64,000 nt of DNA, taken from assembly GCF_024521635.1 (NCBI RefSeq), contig NW_026250414.1, positions 930,001 to 994,000 on the forward strand, written 5' to 3'. Made by a program: the position numbers and the translations under genes. Source of the stretch: Tricharina praecox. Its lineage: Eukaryota. Positions within the stretch are counted from its first letter, which is position 1, and each line of letters opens with the position of its first letter. The notes under the pieces are model-generated. The model was given only the letters and a program-made list of their open reading frames with translations, made no database searches and was not told the origin of the DNA. Below are positions 13,141 through 27,020 of the stretch, piece by piece.

Positions 13141-15258
13141 ATGTCCTCGACCGGACACGACTTTCCCGGCGGTGCCGAGAAGAAGGAGAAAGAGGAAAAG
13201 CAGGATGAGTTCGCGGACGAGGCGTCGTTGCCGCCGTCTAAGTACGATAATACGCACCGGAAGTTGAAGTCGCGGCATATACAGGTACTTTCCACTGGTG
13301 GAGCCTCAAGGCGGAGGAGGAGTGGGGAGGAGGAGGAGGAGGGGGAAGGGGAAGTTGGCTGATGGTGGTGGTCGTGGTGGTATGATAGCTCATCGGAATC
13401 GGAGGAACCATCGGCACAGCACTCTACGTGCAGATCGGACGGGCATTGATGAAGGGCGGGCCGGCGAATTTGTTTATCGCGTTTACTTTCTGGTATGATA
13501 GCTCTGTGGGCCCGAGTGCTGTGGTAGGTATGCTGTACCTAGGCTGGGAGTGCTAATACCAAAAACACACAGGTGCTCGGTGATCCTTTGCATCAACAAC
13601 TCGCTGTCGGAGATGGTCACATACATGCCGATATCTTCGCCGTTCGTACGGTTCGCGGGGAGGTTCGTCGACGAGAGCTTCGGTGTCGCGGCGGGTTGGA
13701 ACTTTTTCATATTTGTAACCACTCTTCCTCCGAAACTTTATTGTCCCCGACGGCGCAAAGGGCTTACGGAAGGACCGGGTGATTACAGGAGGCTGCTATG
13801 GTACCGTTCGAGATCGTCGCGTGCACGCAGATTCTGGGATACTGGGGGACTTCCGAGAAGGTACACGTTGGCGTCATCATTGCCATCTGCATAGCATTAT
13901 ACGCGTGGGTTCCACCTCGAATCGCATCCCCCGGAGAAATAGTGATGGTTTTTTGACATTACAGCGACTCCTTTCCAGCGGCATCAACTTGATCGTGGTA
14001 AAGTTCTACGGCGAGAGTGAATTCTGGTGTGCATCATCCTTCCGACACACGACATCAACTAACCTCTGCCAGGCTCGCCCTCGGAAAACTCATTCTCATC
14101 ATCGGCCTGATCGCCTTCACCTTCATCACCATGGTCGGCGGCAACCCGCAGCGCGATGCCTACGGCTTCCGGTATTGGAAGAACCCGGGCGCCTTCGCCG
14201 AACACTACTCGACCGGCGACCTCGGGCGGTTCATGGGCTTCGTGGCGTGCCTGATCCAAGCGTCCTTCACAATCGCGGGACCGGACTACGTCGCGATCTC
14301 CGCCGGCGAAGCCGAAAATGCGCGGGTGGTGATGCCGCGCGCCTTCAAAGCGGTGACGTACCGGCTAGTCGGTTTCTTCGTGCTCGGCTCGCTAGCGGTC
14401 GGGATCGTGGTACCGCACAACGACCCGGTGATGCGACGCGCATTCCTCGAGGGCGCGCCAGACGCCGCCGCGAGCCCGTACGTCGTCGCCATGGACCGCC
14501 TGCAGATCCCGTTCTTGCCACACATCGTCAACGCGCTGGTGCTGACGTCGGCGTTCTCGGCCGGGAACTCGTACGTGTACTGCGCTTCGCGGTGCCTGTT
14601 CGGGCTCGCGCTGGACGGGCAAGCGCCGAAGATCTTCGCGCGCTGCACGCGCAGCGGAGTCCCGATCTACAGCGTGCTCGTGGTCCTGGCCATCGCCATG
14701 CTCGCCTTCCTGCAGGTGTCCAACTCGGCGAGCGTCGTGCTGAGCTGGTTCGTTTCCCTCGTCACCGCCTCGCAGCTAATCAACTTCTCCGTCATCCTGT
14801 ACACGTACCTGCGGTTCCGACGCGCGCTCGCCGCGCAAGGCACGCCCATGTCCGCGCTGCCGTACATGACCCGCTGGCAGCCGTACACGACGTACTTCGC
14901 GCTCACGTGCACGCTCGTGATGTGCTTCGTCAGCGGGTACGAGGTGTTCCTCCCTGGGAACTGGAACATCCCGACGTTCCTGTTCTCGTACACGATGATC
15001 GCGGTGTTCCCGTTGATCTGGGTGGCGTGGAAGACGCTGAAGCGGACGAGCCGCGTGCCGCTAGAGGAGGTCAACACGTTCCGCGAGGAGCGCGAGGTCA
15101 TTGACGAGTACCAGAGGAATTATGTGGCGCCGAAACCACGGTGAGTGACATTCTGTCTCGGAAGTCTGATTGTGCCTGCGCGGCCGGGGGGAGGAGGCGC
15201 TGATGATGGTGATGACAGGAACACGTTTTCGAAGTGGTGCGATCGGATTTTCGGGTGA
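13141..15258 (+). CDS. AGP2: Amino acid permease (APC superfamily, fungal YAT family; AGP2-like), ~553 aa, 7 exons
   Basis: Exons 13141-13284, 13389-13492, 13573-13714, 13789-13904, 13979-14026, 14073-15140 and 15219-15258 join in frame through GT-AG introns. Motifs: LKSRHIQLIGIGGTIGT, YGESEFW, GFRYWKNPG, GEAENAR, SAFSAGNS. The family is secure; the AGP2 subfamily is tentative. Confidence 0.92.
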
Positions 15259-18200
15259 GCGCGAGGGGGAGGGGGAAAGGAGGGGGGGCCTAGATCGGCC
15301 GGCCGGCATTGCTTCGGCACGGGATGGGGCGTTTGCTGTTTCGAAGGTGGATCCCGCGAACCGGGTCGTACATTGACTGCACGACCAATAGATGCGTGCC
15401 ATCAACCGAGAAACCGATGGTGGTGGTAGTAGATACATAGTGGTGGTGGTGGTGGTGGTTGTACATACATATCGTGGATTTTGTGAGACAGACAGACAGT
15501 GCCCGACGCGGGCCAGAGCACCGACCTCGACCTATCTATCTGGAGAACCGCCCACGCACGCACGCTCGCTCGCGTGGCAAAATGTGAGACAGGCGCTCCC
15601 CACCAATCTCGGGACCGCATAATTGGCTAGTGTGAGGGGGTATAGTGAAGGTTCGGAAGGAAAGCCGGACGGACGGACTACCGCCGTGTGATCCCCGGGA
15701 GCTCGAGGCAGAGAGAGCGAGAACAATTTATTGTCGCATACGGTACGGCCTTTCCAGACTACCAGACTATGGCGAGCTCCTACCGCGCAATTATAGGAAG
15801 GGCACCAATCTTCGACCTGCGATAGCCATAGTGAAGTCTATCGAGTGGGTATCTATAGTACTCCTATAGCCTGAAGCTGCGGAGGCACAAAGGAGGCATA
15901 GATAGATACATGTCCATTCGATCACTCGCACGGATTCTGAAATCGAGTGCGATCGTGTGAGTATTGGTAACCGGCCTGCAGGGGGAGGGGGCTGGCATCT
16001 GTGACGTATCAAGCTCCCCGCCCAGAGCTCTCGCTCCGCTCGCCGAAGCCGTAGCCCCCATCCACTGTTGCGGGAACACCTACACCCACACCCACACCTC
16101 CCTCTCCCCCCCTCCCCTCCCCCCACCCAGCCGAAGCACCCGAAGCACCCGATCCTGGCGTCGAACTCGGACATCGATCGAGAGGCGAACAGCCGTAGTT
16201 CGTGTCTGGTAAGGTAGGTAGCGAGCTAAGGCTGTTAACTAGTTAGCCGCCGCCACCGCTCGTCTCTACTTGGCTACTCAATTGAGGGGAAGGGGGGGGT
16301 ATAATTGCGGGCCTATGGTTTGTGCGATTCCGAAGCAGTCCACCACACGACACTTGGCCCGTCGTGGATACCGTAGAGCACTCCAGAATGCGGTGGCGGT
16401 GTGCGGGCGCCCTCCTCCGGGCCGTTCCTATGGGCTACATACATACTACTCCATGTACCTAAATAAGTAGTTATGTAGGCAAGAGTCGAGTCGGCCTAAT
16501 TCCGCACGAAAGCGAGCTGGTGGGATCGTGAACACGCGACGGGTCAATGCGACGAAGAAGACAAGTTATGCATCATCGTGACATGTCGTATGTGAGTATA
16601 TGTGCAACTACATACATGTGTATTTTCAATCTAGGGGAAGGGGCGGGCGGGAAGGAACGGACGGACTATTTCTTGCCTCTCTCTCTCGGGGAATCGGGTC
16701 ATCTTCGGGTGCCCCCTTCCCCCCCATTTTCGTTCCCCTCATATCATACCCAGTTCAGGAACGCTCTCGCTCTCCGATCAAGAAGTTGGCGTCCCCGGAC
16801 CCGGATCCGGACCCGGAACCGGAGGGCAGACCGGATTGACGGGTCGCCGTCTCTGTCGTTGTCGTTGTCGTTTTGCTTTCGCTAAAGCACATTGCTCTAG
16901 CGATGGCGACTCGCGAGTAGAGTAACGTAACTAAGCGTGGCAGGTGTGTAAGTATAGTAGGTGTTATCACATCTGCGCTGGCGGCGCTGAGTGCATAAAT
17001 AATTGACGGGTGCATATTCACGGTGGCAACAAAAAGCCAGCATCTGCAGCCTGCTTCTGCTTTCGCCGTCGCCTTCGGATTGACCGATGGGTTTGCCATG
17101 AGGGAATTGCATGGAGAGAAGTAGGTAACTGCCTATGTAGGTAATACTCTACTATGTATAGCTAGAGGAACTAATCCGGGCCGATGAATATATCTGCTCA
17201 TGCGCAGCTGGCGTGATGATCCACCGCAGCAGGCTGTCATAATGGGGTACCTACCCACCTATGTACGTACCTATGTACTTTCCTATGGATCTACATAGGT
17301 CTATAGAGCACTACATACACGCCTTTGAATTCCGGGCCAGAATCCGCTTGATGGGCTACATAGAGCCGGGGCCGGGGCCGGCTGAGGTCCAAGCGGCGCC
17401 CTGGATACGTCTACCTACATATCATACATAGAGTACTCAGGCTGAAGACAGGGCGATGACTGCGGGGGGATGTGTATACCGTATGCACTGTAGGTCATGT
17501 AGCATTCAGCCCCCACGATTTTCCGGACTTTCTGGACTTTGCGGAGTGCAATCGCACTCCGTTTCCATCCATGCTTCCTTCCTTCTTCTGCCCCTTCCTT
17601 CCTTCCAGCAATTGTGCCACGTTACAGCTCCAGATTCCAGAATATTCTTCCAAACGCGGAGTGGCGGCGCGGCGCGACATTTCGCCCTACCACTGGCACA
17701 TCAATTGGAGGGGAGGCTGGCAGGGACTGCCAGGGGAGAAGGGCCCAAGCAGCCAAACCAAAATGCGGTGGAACGTGCAAACGCAATGGGGCCACTGGCC
17801 AGCTGAGAAATGGAAGAAAAAATGGAAGCTCGCGGGAGGGATACGCCCACAACCACTTGGGTACTCGGATATGTACGAGTACGAGACACATGTTTCACGG
17901 CCGGCCAAGCTTCGGTTCCCTCCATCCATCGTTCCATCCATCGTTCCATCCATGACATCCATCCATCCGGGCGAGTACAAACGGAAGAGAGCTCGAGAGA
18001 GAGACATAGTTACCCAGGTACATACATACATATTTTCGCAGTAAGCCCGGACTTCGATCCCGACAGGCTGACGACGGGATTCACCAGCCATCATTCCCGG
18101 GCCCCACCCTCAACAAAAAACGCCAGAGCGTGTGTTGGTAGTTACCCCTCAGTGATGCCGTAGGCCGCCACCCGACGGCCTAGGTTACAGCTATGCGAGA

Positions 18201-21200
18201 CCCAATGCGAGACCCAATGTGTAGCGAACCGACGCGTATACATACCTACGGACGGCGAATGGTACTTCGGTATGGTATACCTACTTCAAGCCGTCGTGAG
18301 GAGCGTGCGGCGGCCGCTGAACGAACCATCGCAGCAGCAGCAGCGCTTCCCCTCCCCCGCAGTTCCCGGCCACAGGAAGCAACTGGGTGGTGATATTTAA
18401 CCATCAATAACCGACCGGACTCCGGGGTAACTATGTACCTAGATACATGCTATACATGCTATGCATACATACTATATGTAAGTACCAAAGTACTCTGCTA
18501 TATACTATATACACCCTGTCGCCCAGATCGATGCGACGATGCGACGATGGTGATGACGACATGTACGGTCCCAAAGATGGATGGGTGGGATAGAGTGCCT
18601 ACCTGTCGTGTAAAGAGTCATATCGCAGTAGGTATGCATTCAGGTTTCACAGAGAAATCCGAGATTCCGAGATTCCGAGATTCCCGAGACTCCGAGGAGG
18701 ATGACGGGGCGTGTGAAATCCTAAGGCAGTGACTATACCGTAGTAATGTTTCTTTTGTCTCCCGCTGAAGATGAAGAAGAAGAAGAAGACGAACAAGTCA
18801 CGTATGTACAGACGTACATACATACCTCCTACATACATACATGTGCACATTTAAGCGGCGAGTACCGCAAAGTATCACCGGACCGCTTTCCGTGCAGTAA
18901 CCAGTTGCCAGCTCATCATAGGTAGGGCGCAATATCTCCAGCCGTCGATCCTGGCCTCCACCTGCTGGATAGACGTATGCATGCTGATGTATGTATGAAT
19001 TTATGTATGTATGTAGGCCGGGATTCGATACTGTACCATATTTAGCTTCCGTTTCATGACGCGGTACGTACATACTATGATGCTACATAGGCAAGTTCAT
19101 ATGTATGTAGATGTATGTACGATCCGCCGAAAGCGCTGAGGAAAATCCCAGATGAAGCTGAAGAACCGACATAGGTAGTAGTAGACAGCGGGGGTTTTTC
19201 CGTCTCGTTTTCCCGAAACGAAATGCAAGACGGCGCCGCGGCATACATATATACGTATGTAGTAGAATAGCATACGCTGCGAAGAACAGGCCCTAACTAA
19301 CTATCCATGAAGGGCTGCAAAGCTGCTATATAATCGATTAGTTATGTATGACTTTGTATGTACACCTATCAAAGCTAGCCGAGCATCCATCCATCCCACC
19401 TGCACTGATGGGCCCAGTCCGGTGGAGGAGCTCCTCCGTCAGCGCTAAGTAAGCATCTTCTAAGTTCTTCGCAGCTGCCAGCCGGTGCGAGTGCCCGAGA
19501 GGGCTGGCGGGCGGGTGATCTCCTCCTCCTCATCCTTCAGGCTCCTGGGATATGTATGTAGGGTGGAGTACGGTGGAGTAACTCTAACTACTCGAACGCG
19601 GGTGCGATACACCGTTTTGTCACCATGGAGTTGAGTAGCCGTACTAGTAGTTACTATACGGTACCGTAGAGTAGCCACTCGGTGCAGTTCCTCACCTTAG
19701 AGCTCATCATACCACTCTCGTATGTAGATAGTAGTTGCGATTCCCATTCCCATCCGTATGCACCGCATCGAGCCGAGTCGAGCCGAGTCGAGCCGAGCCG
19801 AGTCGAGTCATGAACGATGGCCTGGGCTGGCCCTTCCCCAGCGCCTGACGTCCGGGGACCATCCCGCGTAGGTACATAGACTTGTCCATGTTCCGGGTCC
19901 ATTCCATCCATATGTAGCAAAACTTCCCCTTCCATGAACCCGACCGACCGGCCCACGCAACTCACGCAACTCACGTGGGGGAGGGACGAGTGAGGTGGTG
20001 GGGGGCTGTGGCTAGTACTTTACACCCACGTAGCGATCAGCCACCACCGCCGCACCCCACCCAGGCGCCACCCACCCATGGGCCAGTCAGTGGGTACGTG
20101 GGTAGAGTAAGTGGGTATGCATACCGTACCGTACCGGAAGTGCATTGCGACTCGCTTCGCTTCACTCGACGCTCCGGCAGGGCGGACGGTAACACGGACA
20201 ACGGATACATACCGGTACTCGCTCGTGAGTCGTGATGGTCGTCGTCGTTGTCGATCAATCACCAAAGTGGAGACAAGTGAAGAAGAGAAGTGTAGAAGTG
20301 GGCTGAATTCGCCATCGATACCTACTGCCACGTTCCCCTACATACCTACCGGCCACGTTCCCCGACACTGCATACACACATACATGTATACATGCATAAG
20401 TACACAGATATACATGCGCGATTGCGTCGTCGTCGTCGCTCTTCCACCGAAAAACAAAAAGGATTCGCCACAGCGTCGGCCTTCGGGCGCACTAGTCTAC
20501 TCGTAGTGATGAAGAGTCCGAGCTGACTGTCTGGCTGGCTGGCTGGCTTGGTGGAGGTGTGTATGGCACCTACATACCGGCATGATGTATTTGGCATGTG
20601 AAACATGTTGCGACATGCTGGATATGCTGGACGTGTTGCGACATGTTGCGACATGTCAACTGCAAGTCTGCAAGTCTGCAAGCCAAACGAGCGAACGAAG
20701 CGCGGGGGCCGGGGCGTAAAACGGGGACCATATGTATGTTGGTAGGTATGTTGGAGAGTCGGCAACTGAATGTGCTCTGGATACTGGGTGTGATAGGGTA
20801 GACTCCGGAGTCCGGAGCAGGTACTGGGTGTGGAATTGCGTATGTGTGTTGGTTACTCTGGTTACTCTGCTCTGCGCTGCTCTCCAACTCACAGCGCCAA
20901 CGATCCATGTCAAAAGCAGTTAGACTGGGAACGATCTTTAACCAAGGGCTTAGGGCGCCTCCCTCCCCTCCGCTTCCCTTCCCTTCCCTTCCCTTCCCGG
21001 CCGTGACATCTTTCTAGGACTTTTCTGGAAGGTCTGAGCGAACAAACAGAACAACAGAAAGTGGGGCCCAAAAACGGTCGGAAGCTTGAATCGGCTAGAG
21101 TTGAGTAACTTGACGCTAGAAGACATGAGAGACCAGACATCACGATTCTTGAATATGGATGAATGAATGGAGGAATGAATGAATGAATTAATGGATGAAC

Positions 21201-21424
21201 GACGGGATGGTCGGTGTAACACCGATCTATATCATCTGTGGGTGTATGTAATGTACGCCACTCTACTATATGGCCTCTCTCGTACGGCGCCGAGTGTCGG
21301 GAGAGAGAGAGAGGGAGGGAGAGAGAGGGAGGGAGGGAGGAAGACAGAGAGACAGAGACACGAGATGACTACGGAGGAAATGTCCGCACGGAGGCGGGGT
21401 GCACGACATGAAGACGGGCATACA

Positions 21425-21455
<31 letters not shown>

Positions 21456-24400
21456 AGAACATAGTGAGCATTCGGAGCGCATAGAACGCAGAACGCAGAG
21501 AACACGGACAACGACGTCGACGCGGGAGGTGCAGGTAGCCTCCCGTTCACACCGCAGCCCGGATCGATGTTGAGGAGCAGGAGGAGCAGGAGCAGGAGCT
21601 GAGTGCGCACATGGCATTGGGTGCCGTCGTGGAACGTCAGCCGCAAGCTGCGCGGTCCAGCGGATCGAAGTTCGAAGTTGAACACTGTGCCTACCCGGCG
21701 TTGCTGCTCCCAGGTTTCAATTGCACTTTACGGTACGACTATTGTTGGCGGTGGTATGTAGAAGTAATAGTAGCAGTAATAGTAGCAGTAATAACCCCCA
21801 TCGCGCAGCACATGGCCTCGGTGCGGCGTGGAGTCCTGGACTGTGATGATGCACTGCAGCCCGAAATACCTATTCCACGGGCAATCGGAAGGGGCACGCA
21901 GCACGCTCGCAGTTTACCTCCAAGCGAGATGGATACGATACCGAAAGGAAAGGAAAGATCATTTGCCGGCGATGCGGGCGATCCCCTTCCTGGGTATTTT
22001 TTCGAAATTTTATAGGTAATCCGGTGCAGCCTTTTTTCCGTTCTGGTTGGCCCATTGACTCTTGAAGGGAGTATCGACAAAACTAATGCAGTCGGATGGC
22101 ATGGGCGGAAGAATAATGATTTGTTTTTCTTACCTGAGCGCCCCTGGTTCCAGCAGTATGGTTCATACCCCCAAGATTGGGATTGCTTATCCAGCCAGCA
22201 GCCACAGCAGCAGCAAGCCCCTCCTCCTCCTCCTCCTGCTGATCCGCCTTCCTGCTCCTTCCTACTCCTCCGCCCCACCCCACCAGTCGGAGTGGTGTGG
22301 TCGAACGGATTGTCGGTGCCGGGATGGTCGTGCTGATGCGCTGACCGTCGATCCTTCACGAGCAAGGGGAGGAGGAGGAGACACAACACCTTCTCCAGAT
22401 ATCATCCCAGAGGCAGAGGCAGGCAGGCAGCTGGAGAGTAGGGTAGAGTACTCTAGAGTACAGGCGAAGAGAGACACCCCCCCTCCCCCTCCTCCTCCTC
22501 CAAGAGGATCGTCATTCCGCCGAAACTCAAACCCGCGTGCGTGTATGCGATGGTGATGGTGTTAGGTAGGGTTGTCGCTGGTGACTAGGCAGCTGCTGCA
22601 TAGGAACACGTATACCTACACCTACCTACTCCAAGGGCATCCGGCGGAGGAAGGAAGTTATTATGCGGCCCTACTATCGTGAAGAAAGAGGAGAGAGGAG
22701 GGGAGGGGAGAGGGGAGGAAAAGGGGGAAGGCTGTACACTGCACACGTCGAGGTGGGCATGGGCGTGGTCGTGGTCGTGGTCATGATGCGGCGCTCGCTG
22801 CACACACACCCTGGTGTATCATATGATACTTACCTAGAGTACAGTGCTCAACCCCCCCTCCCCCTCCCCACTGCAAGTGCAGTGCAGTGCGGTGCACCGT
22901 GGAAGCGCTTTTCGTTCGTTCGTTCGTTCGTCGGTCCGTTCGTTCGTTCGCAAGCCTACCGGTACTCGCAGGAAGAACCTAGGCTCAGTAGAAGCAGCTA
23001 CGTCGTTGTGCATCGGGTAGTTTGTTACTAGTTTCGACTCTATATAGTAATAGTTAGCAGATAGTAGTAGCAGTAGTAGTAGTTAGTAGTGGCTCTCCGG
23101 AGGTGTCGAAACTCGGGCCTGAAGACGTGCAGCGTTTGGGCCGAGCTCTGGAGTCTGCACGTGGAGTACTATACCCACCACTATGTACTTACGGTATGCG
23201 CCACGAGCGGTCACTAAACACCCGAAACACGTTGTCCAGCGGTACTATACGGCAATGTACCGCGGGTAGAGTACCGTAGGTGGCCGTGGACCGACAGCCC
23301 CCGTAGGTACGTACCGCGTCGAATCGAAGTGGTATCCGCTGCGAGGCACGATTGATTATGGCCCATGGGCGCCGGCTCCATGGTGTTTGACGTCCGAAGG
23401 TGGCAGCCAGATCCAGCTGCGGTAACGCTGCCCGCGGAGGGAGCGGGGGGTTCCCTACTCTTCCGCAATCTCATGACCACGGTCCACCGCCCCACCACCG
23501 CGATCGAGGGGCAGGGCAGCAGCACTGCGATCGAGGGCAGCAGTAGCACACGCCAGAGAGCCAGCCGGGGACCTGAGGTGCTTGGGTGCTCTAGCGGACA
23601 TCGGCTTGACGGCCAGCAGCCTCCTCAGCTCCAGGAAGTAGACTGAATGCCATCCGTCAGAGTCTCAGGCCCCCGAATGCCATCCGTCAGACTCCGAAGC
23701 GCCATCCGAGTGGCTCCCGAATCCCGATATGTATAGTAGTCGCTCGACCACATGCTTGGAAAGCGAGCGAGCAATCGAACGAGGCACCTCCTCCACCTCG
23801 ACCGGTCCCAAACCCCCCAAACCCCCCCCACTCCAGGCATTCCCCGCACCCACAAACGCAACATACGCAGAGTACCGTAGTATCAGAAGTGGGTGGTTAG
23901 GCAGGCAGGCAGGCAACTAATGTAGGAGACGCTCTAGGTAGTAGGTATCTACCCAGTCGGTCCGTTGCGACCTGCACTCTGTGCTCTGCCTGTGTTCTGC
24001 TTACCTTTGCACCCCCTCCCTCCCCTCCTTCCCTTCCCTACCCTCCCCTCGTAGACGGGGATCTTCCCTGCACCGCGTCGACTCTAGGGAGACGACCGAG
24101 GAGCGACGGACGAGCGAGCGAGCAGAGCCGTCACTGTCACCACCGCCGTCACCGTCACCGTCACCGTCATGGCTGAGGCTGCTATGTATGCTGCCATGCC
24201 ATGCCGTGCGCGAGTATATGTAGAGATCCGATGCACCTCAGTACCCGTCCGGCCGTTCCATACTCGCCCGTCCTACAAAAACTCAAGTCAGCCCAGAAAG
24301 TCGGAAAGTCCGTGCACGCACAGAACAAAAAAACAACCGACAAAGCGATTCCCGTCACTCCGAGGATCCACCACACGCAACACACGCAACACACGCTCCA

Positions 24401-25617
24401 CTCACTCACTAGTCGGTCGGTCAATCACTCAATCACTCAATCACTCAATCAGTCGGTCGGTCGGTCAGTCGGTCGGTCAGTCAGACAAACAGTCAGCCCA
24501 AGTCTCGGATTCCCGTCCTCCTACGCTGCAGTGATCCCGATATACACCCATCACCACCGTCCCACGCCTTACGTGCGAATCTCCAGCTTCACACGCGCCT
24601 CGCCTCCTCCTCCCCCCCGCTCCCCCGCTCCCCCCCGACCGAAAGTTATACACAACGCACGCCACCTACAAGACGACCCTAAGTGTCGGTTAGTGGCACG
24701 CCAGGCCAGAGACCAATCCGAACGGGAACGCCGTCTCCACTCGTGCTCGCCCCCGGCTGCTATATCTCCATACAGGCAACCACTCGGCCTAACGCAAAAG
24801 AGGCGTAAAGCATAAACCCATAGCGAAAGCAAACGAAACCGCTTTTGGGCGCTGTCCGTCATCAGTGCCAGAAGAAGGAGGGGTGCCACATCCTTAATAG
24901 CTAGGGTTTTTTTTTTCTTTCTTTCTGGAAGGAAGCTGTCACAACCCAACCACGCATCATCATCGTCCTTAGCGTCCGTCCGTCACCGTTCGTTCGTTCG
25001 TCGCGTAAAAGAGAAAAGCGAAAGAAGAAGAAAAAAAAAGAAGGGAAAGAGAAGAAGAAAAAAAGTTGCACCTTCCCGAGTGGCAAATTTCCTGGTCTTC
25101 CTCCTCGGTTTCACTTCTCCTCATTCTCGAGAGGGGCACAAATCGCGAAAGTCAATCACGGGCCAAACGCCATTTAAAGAGTCGGCCAAGGACCATCTTC
25201 CGGAAACTCCTGACTGTGGAGAATTCATCAGCGTCGTCAAACTTTGGATATTCCTTACAAACCAGAGCCCTAGGTAGTTGCCGGCGCACAAGTGAAAGAG
25301 GTATGTAGGGAGCAGAATCCTGGCCGACTCTCCGAGCAACGTCCACTCCCCTCCCCTCACCCCCTCGCTACATAGAGTACAAGCGCTAACTAACTGGCAG
25401 GCAGACCCAAGCACCAAGAGATCCTACGCACCCCACCCGAACTCCGATAGTTATCGAATCAGACGAACACGAGACCACAGATAAATAATCCGTCCCCGAC
25501 CAAAACCAAAGCCGGACCCCGACCAGACCAGACCAGATCACCGGACCGAACTCATTCAACATCCCCCCACCCTCTCCCAAACACACATACACACACACAT
25601 CCACCTTCACACCCACG

Positions 25618-25773
25618 ATGATCTGGACATGCTGTCGGTGCGGGCAGAAGAGCCATTGCACAACGTGCGACTGCGGCCATAACTTCTGCCTGAGTTGCGT
25701 CTACTGCCGGAAACCTCGAGCACCAGTCTTCAAATCGTTCCGTCAGAAATGGTCGGCCATGCTCAGCAGTTGA
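25618..25773 (+). CDS. 51-aa Cys/His-rich putative zinc-binding microprotein (MIWTCCRCGQKSHCTTCDCGHNFCLSCVYCRKPRAPVFKSFRQKWSAMLSS)
   Basis: 9 Cys and 2 His in a WxCCxC...CxxCxCxHxxCxxC pattern; A at -3. A canonical upstream intron lies at 25301-25400 (GTATGT..GCTAAC..CAG). There is no plus-strand ATG from 24234 to 25617 except the one inside that donor. Confidence 0.65.
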   Translation: MIWTCCRCGQKSHCTTCDCGHNFCLSCVYCRKPRAPVFKSFRQKWSAMLSS

Positions 25774-26613
25774 GCGGGATCGGTCCACCACACACTCGTT
25801 CATCTTTCTCCTTGCCGCTCCTCTAATGGTTCGAGCCGTCAATCCCCTACGCCTCCATCCTCCTCCTCCACCGCCGCTTCCTTCGCCTCCTCCGCCACCA
25901 CCTCCTACGCTTCCTCCGCCTCCTCCTCCGTCTCCTCGCCACGGCCAGGGCAGCTGTCTACCCACCTACCTACTGGGGTAGACCACAGTTCACCTTGCAC
26001 CCGTACCTGTACCTATCCCGGCGACCAATCCATTTTCCACCTTCCACCGCTACGAAATTCCTACGTTCACGTTCACGCATCACGATTCTTGTATATAGTT
26101 TGGGCGCTGGGGGGCAGTGGGGGCGCTGGTGGGGGTACTGGGTGGCGCTTTGGTGGCGGCGGGCTTGCTTGTGGTGGGCTGCGGTGGGTACGGTGTAGAT
26201 GGGGTGTTTTTTTTCCTTCCCGGGTTTCGTTCCTGTTCCTGTTTTTTCTTTTCGCGCACTATACCTAATGGCATGAGCTTGGGCATGGGCTTGGACCGTT
26301 CGACGTCGATGATGGTGCTGGTAGTGGTTGTGGTGGTGGTATCGATCGAAGAGCCCCCACGATCATGATTCACGATCACGATTGCACGATTTTGGGGTCC
26401 GGTCTGTGGGCGGGCGGTGGGTCGGTGCGTGGGTGGCTGGCTGGCTTGTCTCGGTTTTCTTTTTTGCCATGTATTTTATGGTTTTTGGCGTTTGAAGTTT
26501 CATCATTGGCAGCAGAAGCACCGATCTCGTTCCTCGAGTCTCGTCTCTTCGTGGGCATGGGTGGGGGGCATGGGCTTGGGCGGCCGATTGAGTCGAACGT
26601 CGTCGACGTTGGA

Positions 26614-26654
<41 letters not shown>

Positions 26655-26897
26655 TTGCAGCACCGCATGCCACAACCAGCTACTAACCATCAACGTCAAC
26701 GTCACCCCTCCTAACCCCCCCTCGCGCCCCTCCACTCCCCGCATGCCCGGATAGGTGGTTAACGTCCTAGCTGGCCACCGACGCGCCTGTCCCCACAAGG
26801 AACCAGGTACAGTGCATCCCACCTCGGGCCAATCCAGGCGCACATGCTGCGGTCTCCACCTTCAGTTCTCTTGCTGATCCGACCGAAAGAACGAACG

Positions 26898-27020
26898 AAA
26901 GAAAGAAAAAGAAAAGAAAAAGAAGTAAAAAGAAAGCAAAAAGAAAAGAAAAAGAAAAGAAAAAGAAGTAAAAAGAAAGCAAAAAGAAAAGAAAAAGAAA
27001 AGAAGGAAAGTAGGAGAAAA
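26898..27020. repeat. A-rich polypurine tract (AAAAG-type degenerate repeat)
   Basis: About 120 nt of almost pure A/G; gives spurious poly-Phe and poly-Lys ORFs. Confidence 0.85.

Noticed and set aside
13779-15104. 441-aa Arg-rich ORF overlapping the permease
   Set aside because: Alternative-frame shadow caused by very high third-position GC in the true gene.
15400-24200. ORFs between the permease and the microprotein locus
   Set aside because: Low-complexity translations with no splice-consistent gene model found.
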